The translations under genes and the position numbers were made by a program. A stretch of DNA of 50,369 bases from Sporosarcina sp. (GTDB taxonomy: Bacteria > Bacillota > Bacilli > Bacillales_A > Planococcaceae): contig JARIDM010000070.1 in NCBI GenBank assembly GCA_029263945.1, positions 1 to 50,369 of the forward strand, read 5' to 3'. Positions within the stretch are counted from its first letter, which is position 1, and every line of letters begins with the position of its first letter. Below the pieces are notes generated by a model. That model made no database searches, was not told where the DNA came from, and was given only the letters and a program-made list of their open reading frames with translations. Positions 44,135 to 50,369 of this stretch are shown here, piece after piece.

Positions 44135-44864
44135 AAAGCAATTCACTCACTTCCCGTGTGTAATTCCCTTCTTGGTCATACACATATAAGGGTGGTAAAA
44201 TTTTGAGGTCAGGTTTACCATCTTTCGTTCCTTCAATTAAAAGTGTATTGGCTTCTTTGCCTTCTTTCGGATAAACAAATCGAATCCGCTTCGGTTCAAT
44301 TCTATGTTCACGCATAGACGTCACAATATCTAATAAACGGCCTGGACGATGTACAAATGCCGCTTTCCCGCCCTGTTTCAGCAACTCACTTGCAGATTTA
44401 ACTGCCTCATCGAGCGTAAGGTGGATTTCATGACGCGCAATCGCTACATGTTCACGTAAATTTTTCTCGGCCGCCTCATGCGCTGGAAAGTAGGGCGGAT
44501 TACAAGTCACCAAGTTATATTTGTCATAGCCAATTTCATCTGCTATCCCTATGACATTTCCGTGAACAACTTTAATGCGTTTTTCTAACTCATTGTAGGC
44601 AACACTTCTTTCAGCCATACCTGCTAAACGATCTTGCAGCTCTACTGCCGTTATATTCGCCTTTGTCCTTGCACTTAAAAAAAGAGGAATCGCACCATTC
44701 CCCGCACAAAGATCTACAATTTCTCCTGAACGGATTGGCACGTGTGCAAATCGCGCAAGTAAAACAGCATCCAGTGAAAACGAAAACACAGAAGGGCTCT
44801 GGATAATCCGTAAATCCTCTGCCAATAAGTAATCTAATCGCTCATCATCTTTAAGAAAATCCAT
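44118..44864 (-). CDS. yabB: tRNA1(Val) A37 N6-methyltransferase family
   Basis: [25 protein letters not shown]. Confidence 0.92.
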   Translation of the reverse strand: MDFLKDDERLDYLLAEDLRIIQSPSVFSFSLDAVLLARFAHVPIRSGEIVDLCAGNGAIPLFLSARTKANITAVELQDRLAGMAERSVAYNELEKRIKVVHGNVIGIADEIGYDKYNLVTCNPPYFPAHEAAEKNLREHVAIARHEIHLTLDEAVKSASELLKQGGKAAFVHRPGRLLDIVTSMREHRIEPKRIRFVYPKEGKEANTLLIEGTKDGKPDLKILPPLYVYDQEGNYTREVSELLYGEKA

Positions 44865-44939
44865 TCACAATGCCTCCATTAAAAAAAATAGGAATATAAG
44901 AAAAAGCCGATGCCTATAGGATGATAGGATCGGCTCGTT

Positions 44940-45311
44940 TTACACATTTTGTTTATTTAAAAACGATAAGCAGAAGAGGCAATCCTCTCCTTTACGAGTG
45001 CCTCCGTAATGAACATTGCATACATGAAAGCCTTCATTGTAAAGCCTTGCCAAGTTATCAACGCCTTCTCCAACATCCACTGTGCTTGATTTCTTTTCAA
45101 GTTGCTGTATGTCTAGAGCCACTTTTTCCTGTTCATCCATTTCTTCAAGCCTTTTTCGCAAATGAAAGTTTTCGAGTTGAAGTGAATGATTATTCTCTGT
45201 CATCTCTGCGACAAATCCCATCAATCCACGGAATTGCTTATGCATGGAGTCGAGCTGTTGTTCAAATTCCATTATTTTGTCAAGAAAATTCCTTTCTTTC
45301 AACTTTTCCAC
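44940..45311 (-). CDS. yabA: replication initiation control protein
   Basis: [13 protein letters not shown]...CLFC. Confidence 0.95.
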   Translation of the reverse strand: MEKLKERNFLDKIMEFEQQLDSMHKQFRGLMGFVAEMTENNHSLQLENFHLRKRLEEMDEQEKVALDIQQLEKKSSTVDVGEGVDNLARLYNEGFHVCNVHYGGTRKGEDCLFCLSFLNKQNV

Positions 45312-45315
45312 CCCA

Positions 45316-46143
45316 TTATTTTATCAAATGCAATGTTTTATTGTTAGGATCCATAATTTCTTCTAATGTATATTCAAGAACATGTTCCTCTTCCAATAAA
45401 CTTACTTGAAGGAGACGTTCTAAAAGGTTTAAGCCTACAACTTTTCCAGGACCTTCAGGTGTAACAATTCGCGTACCAACATCTGGCATAAGTTTCTTAG
45501 CCTCTTCATACTCATCATTCTCATACTTTAAGCAGCACATCAGGCGACCACACAAGCCTGAGATTTTAGATGGATTAAGGGATAAGTTCTGATCCTTCGC
45601 CATTTTAATCGATACGGGTTCAAAATCACCTAAAAATGTGGAACAACAAAGCATTCTTCCACACGGACCAATTCCTCCGAGCATTTTAGCTTCATCTCTC
45701 ACACCAATTTGGCGTAATTCAATTCTTGTTCGGAAAATAGAGGCAAGGTCTTTGACTAAATTCCGGAAATCCACACGGCCTTCTGCGGTGAAATAGAAAA
45801 TAATTTTGTTTCGATCGAACGTATATTCAATGTCCACAAGCTTCATATCAAGCTTATGCTCTTCAATTTTACTAACACCAACAGCAAATGCTTTCTTTCC
45901 TTCTTCGGTGTTCTCTTCTACTTTTTCAAAATCTCCACTTTCAGCAGGACGGACAATTTTTTTAAGCGGTAAAACAACGTCATTTTCCCCAACTTCTTGA
46001 ATAGGGATTGCTACCTTACCATACTCAATTCCTCTAGCTGTTTCAACAATGACATACTCATCTAGTTTTAGATGATATTCAAGTGGATCAAAATAATATA
46101 TCTTACCCGCTTTTTTGAAGCGGACGCCTACGACTTTATACAA
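45316..46143 (-). CDS. yaaT: PSP1-domain protein RicT/YaaT
   Basis: [30 protein letters not shown]. Confidence 0.97.
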   Translation of the reverse strand: MYKVVGVRFKKAGKIYYFDPLEYHLKLDEYVIVETARGIEYGKVAIPIQEVGENDVVLPLKKIVRPAESGDFEKVEENTEEGKKAFAVGVSKIEEHKLDMKLVDIEYTFDRNKIIFYFTAEGRVDFRNLVKDLASIFRTRIELRQIGVRDEAKMLGGIGPCGRMLCCSTFLGDFEPVSIKMAKDQNLSLNPSKISGLCGRLMCCLKYENDEYEEAKKLMPDVGTRIVTPEGPGKVVGLNLLERLLQVSLLEEEHVLEYTLEEIMDPNNKTLHLIK

Positions 46144-47143
46144 CGAGTAACCCCTCCTGCATGTTAAGCACCAATTGTTCCATTAAAAGCGTACGGTTCA
46201 TATTGCTACGTAAATGTCTTTTTGACTGTAGTATAGATTCAATAATGACAGACAATTGACGATATGTCATTCTCATTGCAAGACCTTTAAAAAATTCAGC
46301 TTGGTCTGGATATGCAGGCATAGATTGCAATTCTGCTTTTGATGCTGCAATGTCTCGATACACATATAATAACAAATCGAGCCCACGATCCGTCTCTTCT
46401 CTTTCTTTAAACACTTGAGACCAATGTGATTGTATAAACAATAACGCTTCTTGAACATTTTGATCGGATGCTTCAACCAATTTTAACACTGTTTTTCTCA
46501 TTAGCGCAAATGCATCATCTTGAGCAAGTTGAAATGCCTCTTCCACATTTGCTGTAATCATAGACACAGTTGCTGCCATTGAGTGCGCTACACCTTCTTT
46601 TTCAAGCATAGCTACAGCGGTTTCTCGTGATGGTGGTGAAAATAAAATGCGTTGGCAACGTGACTGTATCGTTGGCAATATTGCCTGGTAAGAGTCAGTC
46701 AATAGGATTGCAGTAACGTTTCCATCTGGTTCTTCAAGGTATTTTAAAAGGGTATTTGCAGAAGCAGTATTCATTTTTTCTGTTTGAGCAATAATATAAA
46801 TTTTCCTGCCCTGTTCATACCCTTTCTTAGACATTTCTACTAAAAACGCGTCCATCTGTTCCTTTTTTATTGTTTGTCCATCAGGCCGTATAATTGTAAC
46901 GTTTGGATGGTTGCCTGATGATACGCGAAGACAGGATTTACATGTTTCACATGGAACATCGTTCGACGGATTTTGACAAAGAAGTAGTTTAGCAAAAAAT
47001 ATTGCCATCGCTTCCTTCCCAGTTCCATTTTCTCCATCAAACATATATGCGTGTCCAACACGACGATTCTTAAATAATGTAATGAGACGATCCATTACTA
47101 ATTTCTGCCCCTCATACAAGTAACTGTCCTTTGTACTTCCCAT
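46136..47143 (-). CDS. holB: DNA polymerase III delta' subunit
   Basis: HAYMF, C..PCETCKSC zinc motif, NTLLKYLEEP, PTIQSRC. Confidence 0.95.
   Translation of the reverse strand: MGSTKDSYLYEGQKLVMDRLITLFKNRRVGHAYMFDGENGTGKEAMAIFFAKLLLCQNPSNDVPCETCKSCLRVSSGNHPNVTIIRPDGQTIKKEQMDAFLVEMSKKGYEQGRKIYIIAQTEKMNTASANTLLKYLEEPDGNVTAILLTDSYQAILPTIQSRCQRILFSPPSRETAVAMLEKEGVAHSMAATVSMITANVEEAFQLAQDDAFALMRKTVLKLVEASDQNVQEALLFIQSHWSQVFKEREETDRGLDLLLYVYRDIAASKAELQSMPAYPDQAEFFKGLAMRMTYRQLSVIIESILQSKRHLRSNMNRTLLMEQLVLNMQEGLLVV
46943..46958. promoter_or_regulatory. parS (Spo0J/ParB binding site) inside holB
   Basis: TGTTTCACATGGAACA; reverse complement TGTTCCATGTGAAACA is one mismatch from TGTTNCACGTGAAACA. 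Confidence 0.75.
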
Positions 47144-47201
47144 CCTAGTTCCCCTCACGTTTCAAAAAAACCGTGCTTCTTTTAAAGAGAATACACGGAA
47201 A

Positions 47202-47642
47202 TTACCTATAAAGATTAATTAAAAGTCCTTTAATTTCACCGATTTGCTCTAATAAATCAATTGCAGACTTTTCTTCATTTAATAAATCCTCAGCTAGTTC
47301 TATTAACTTTTCATCTATTGTTTTAACGATCTTCAAACGTCGGCCTTCTCCGTACTGATTCCAAGTATGAGATTGTTTCAATTCTAAGCCCGCTTCTACG
47401 GACTCTTTTAAAAAGCGACGCACGAGCATTTTAAATTTTGCCATTTCACGCAAGTTACGAGATCTCGCAATTCTATCGCCTGCTGTTGAAATGTCACCAA
47501 GAAGTCTCGTGATTTGATCACTATGAAGTTTCTGTTCTTGTTTTTGAACCATTCTCCCAAACTTCGCTTCATTCTGTATTCTATTCTGTTGATCATTTTG
47601 TAATTTTTCAAGTCCAGCCCTAGAGCTGCCATCAATCTTCAT
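47202..47642 (-). CDS. yaaR: DUF327 family protein
   Basis: GDRIARSR, IGEIKGLLINLY C-terminus; conserved position. Confidence 0.9.
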   Translation of the reverse strand: MKIDGSSRAGLEKLQNDQQNRIQNEAKFGRMVQKQEQKLHSDQITRLLGDISTAGDRIARSRNLREMAKFKMLVRRFLKESVEAGLELKQSHTWNQYGEGRRLKIVKTIDEKLIELAEDLLNEEKSAIDLLEQIGEIKGLLINLYR

Positions 47643-47661
47643 TTGAACTCACCTCGGTTTA

Positions 47662-48015
<354 letters not shown>

Positions 48016-48043
48016 TCATTTTATTATAACATGAATCAGGCTA

Positions 48044-48676
48044 CTACATGAGTCGAGAGGTAATTATCTTGTAAACATTTTCAATTACCGTTGTTTTCGA
48101 AAGTCGAGCATCTACTTCAATAATACGTTCCGGATAAAGTTGAATGAGCTTTTGGTATCCTTTATAAACACTTTCATGAAAACGTAAACTTTCGTTATCC
48201 AATCGATTTTGTTCGCGTTGGTCATTCTTTGCAATTCGAGCTAAACCTTCTGCTGGGTCAATATCGAAGAATATGGTTAAATCAGGCATCGTATTCTCAA
48301 TGGCAAACTGATTGATCTTTAAAACTTCTTCCATACCAAGTTCTCGTGCATATCCTTGATAAGCAAGTGAACTATCGATAAACCGATCGCATAAAACAAT
48401 CGCGCCTCTCTCTAATCCAGGAATCACTTTTTCTACAAGATGTTGACGCCTTGCAGCTGCGTATAAAAGTGCTTCTGTTTTAGCGTCCATTTGCGTATGG
48501 TTGTTGTCTAAAATAATTTCACGAATTGCTTCTGATATTTTAATACCTCCAGGTTCACGTGTGAGTACAACCTCTTTTCCTTGTTCTTTTAAGCGATCAC
48601 TTACGACCGAAATAACAGTTGTCTTTCCTGCACCTTCGGGTCCTTCAAACGAAATAAACTTACCTTTGTTTTTCAT
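48044..48676 (-). CDS. tmk: thymidylate kinase
   Basis: [30 protein letters not shown]; start 48676 after GGAGG. Confidence 0.97.
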   Translation of the reverse strand: MKNKGKFISFEGPEGAGKTTVISVVSDRLKEQGKEVVLTREPGGIKISEAIREIILDNNHTQMDAKTEALLYAAARRQHLVEKVIPGLERGAIVLCDRFIDSSLAYQGYARELGMEEVLKINQFAIENTMPDLTIFFDIDPAEGLARIAKNDQREQNRLDNESLRFHESVYKGYQKLIQLYPERIIEVDARLSKTTVIENVYKIITSRLM

Positions 48677-48677
48677 G

Positions 48678-50117
48678 TTATTCCTCCGAGTCATTTTTTA
48701 CGACTAGTATTTTCTTTTCCTTCATCCGAATCGTTCCTTGAAACTTTGCTTGCATACGTGCTAACTCTGTTAATGACGCAATATGTCTTTCGCTAATTCT
48801 TTCTCCAGCGAGTAGTAAGGGGATGCCTGGTGGATAGGGAGTAACTGTTGCAGCCGCAACCTGCCCAATGGCTCGCTCGAAGTTAATCCATTCCACATCA
48901 AGCTTCTCTAATTCACGTGCTATAAAACGGGGTTCAGAAATGTCTTCTATTAGAACAGGAGCAGGCGCTTCTTCCCTTCCATTCTTTTCACCATTTTCCA
49001 AAGCGATTACTGCTCGTTCAATTTTTAAAATGATTTTCTGTATTCGATTTCCTTGTGCTTGTTTTACTAAAGGCAAAACAAAAAGTACTTGATAAGGATC
49101 TGCAAGTTCTGGATAAACACCTTCTGCTTCCAACACTTGTTGCAGTTCAAATCCTGAAGTTCCTTTGGCTCTAATCATTAACTTTAACGGGTCGGTAGAC
49201 TCAACTATTTCAAGACCTACGATTAAAGTCAAACGATTTATCATGTCTTTCCTGTTTTCTAAAAAAGCGCCCGTTGCTTCTACCGTGAAAGACGCCACGT
49301 ATTCACGTGCATCATCGAGGGAAGCCATCAGTAGATACGACGGGCTACTTGACTGTAATATCTGTAAATAATGGGCAACCCTTTCAATCGAAACAAGCGT
49401 TGATTTTACATGAAGAAAAGAAGCCATTGTCATTGCTGGCAATGTCTTATGAGCAGAATGCACAACAACATCTGCACCTAAAGTAAGCGCCGATTTTGGG
49501 AAAGGTTTACCTATCACAAAATGAGCGCCATGTGCCTCATCCACAAGGACAGGTAATCCTTTTGCATGACAAATTGCAATGATCTCCTTCAACTCTTCAG
49601 CAATTGCGCCATAATACGTGGGAGAAGTTAAAATAACAGCTTTTGCTTCAGGATATAAAGTAAGGGCCTTCCTTACTTGGCTCTCGGTAATCGTCCCTGC
49701 AGCCTTTGTATTTTCATCCCAACGAGGCGTAACAAAAACTGGTCTTGCTCCAGTTAATTCAAGCGCATTAAAAATCGATTTATGTGCATTCCGTTGGACG
49801 ATAACGATGTCATTTTCTCGACAAGTCGCGTAAACCATCGCTAAATTACCAACTGTTGAACCGTTAACTAGAAAAAAACTCTTATCTGCTTGGTATAAGG
49901 TGGTTAGTTTTTGTTCCGCAACTTGGATCACACCTGCTGGTTGATGAAGGTCGTCTAAGCCTGTCAACTCCGTAAAGTCATAGGCAAGTGCCGAGCGCAA
50001 CTGCTCAGGTAGGCCTGATAAGGTACCATTTTTATGTCCAGGTACGTGAAATGAAAATAGGTTACGATTTTTAAACTCCACCAGTCTTTGAACGAGTGGA
50101 CGATTTTTATAGGTCAA
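48678..50117 (-). CDS. yaaO: Orn/Lys/Arg decarboxylase family PLP enzyme
   Basis: [32 protein letters not shown]; probable TTG start 50117. Confidence 0.9.
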   Translation of the reverse strand: MTYKNRPLVQRLVEFKNRNLFSFHVPGHKNGTLSGLPEQLRSALAYDFTELTGLDDLHQPAGVIQVAEQKLTTLYQADKSFFLVNGSTVGNLAMVYATCRENDIVIVQRNAHKSIFNALELTGARPVFVTPRWDENTKAAGTITESQVRKALTLYPEAKAVILTSPTYYGAIAEELKEIIAICHAKGLPVLVDEAHGAHFVIGKPFPKSALTLGADVVVHSAHKTLPAMTMASFLHVKSTLVSIERVAHYLQILQSSSPSYLLMASLDDAREYVASFTVEATGAFLENRKDMINRLTLIVGLEIVESTDPLKLMIRAKGTSGFELQQVLEAEGVYPELADPYQVLFVLPLVKQAQGNRIQKIILKIERAVIALENGEKNGREEAPAPVLIEDISEPRFIARELEKLDVEWINFERAIGQVAAATVTPYPPGIPLLLAGERISERHIASLTELARMQAKFQGTIRMKEKKILVVKNDSEE

Positions 50118-50259
50118 CTTACAGTCACTTCCTTTTATACACTCTTTATTATAGACGAAGAAAATTATAAATCGAATTGAGACCTTACAGTGCATGAATA
50201 TTTAATAAACGTTATTTTTTATCAAGAGAAGTTTTAACATTCTATAATATGTGATAAAC

Positions 50260-50292
50260 AAAAAAGCCACTACCCTTAAAGGTAATGACTTC
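50260..50292 (-). terminator. rRNA operon terminator
   Basis: AAGCCACTACC-cttaaa-GGTAATGACTT stem (G-U pairs on the minus strand) plus T-run, directly after 5S. Confidence 0.7.
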
Positions 50293-50297
50293 TTTAG

Positions 50298-50369
<72 letters not shown>

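Overview
Origin-proximal chromosomal segment of a low-GC, spore-forming Bacillales bacterium (gene content suggests a Sporosarcina/Planococcaceae-like organism; inference only). About 85% is the conserved Bacillus 'rrn-yaaO-tmk-holB-abrB-metG-ksgA-veg-purR-spoVG-glmU-prs-ctc-pth-mfd-spoVT-yabMNOPQ-divIC-spoIIE-tilS-hpt-ftsH-coaX-hslO-cysK-pabB' block on the minus strand. The window starts inside pabB and ends inside a 5S rRNA. A ~6.9 kb accessory insert (about 17200-24085) separates spoVT and yabM, which are normally adjacent. It carries a Spo0E-family phosphatase missed by the ORF track (with paired Spo0A boxes), a DUF2785-like protein, a GNAT, a small hypothetical gene, an ABC-2 exporter and an HrtAB-like exporter with an HssR-type direct repeat. 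The most unusual signals are two different non-coding short-period arrays near the ends of the insert. One is six 21-bp units (10-nt repeat plus unrelated 11-nt spacers) with a second, shorter copy 4.26 kb away that shares its leader. The other is six 20-bp units bracketed by in-phase direct repeats. Also seen: a parS-like site inside holB, an inverted solitary tRNA-Met, and several sigma-factor and regulator sites. All calls come from reading the sequence; no database searches were run.
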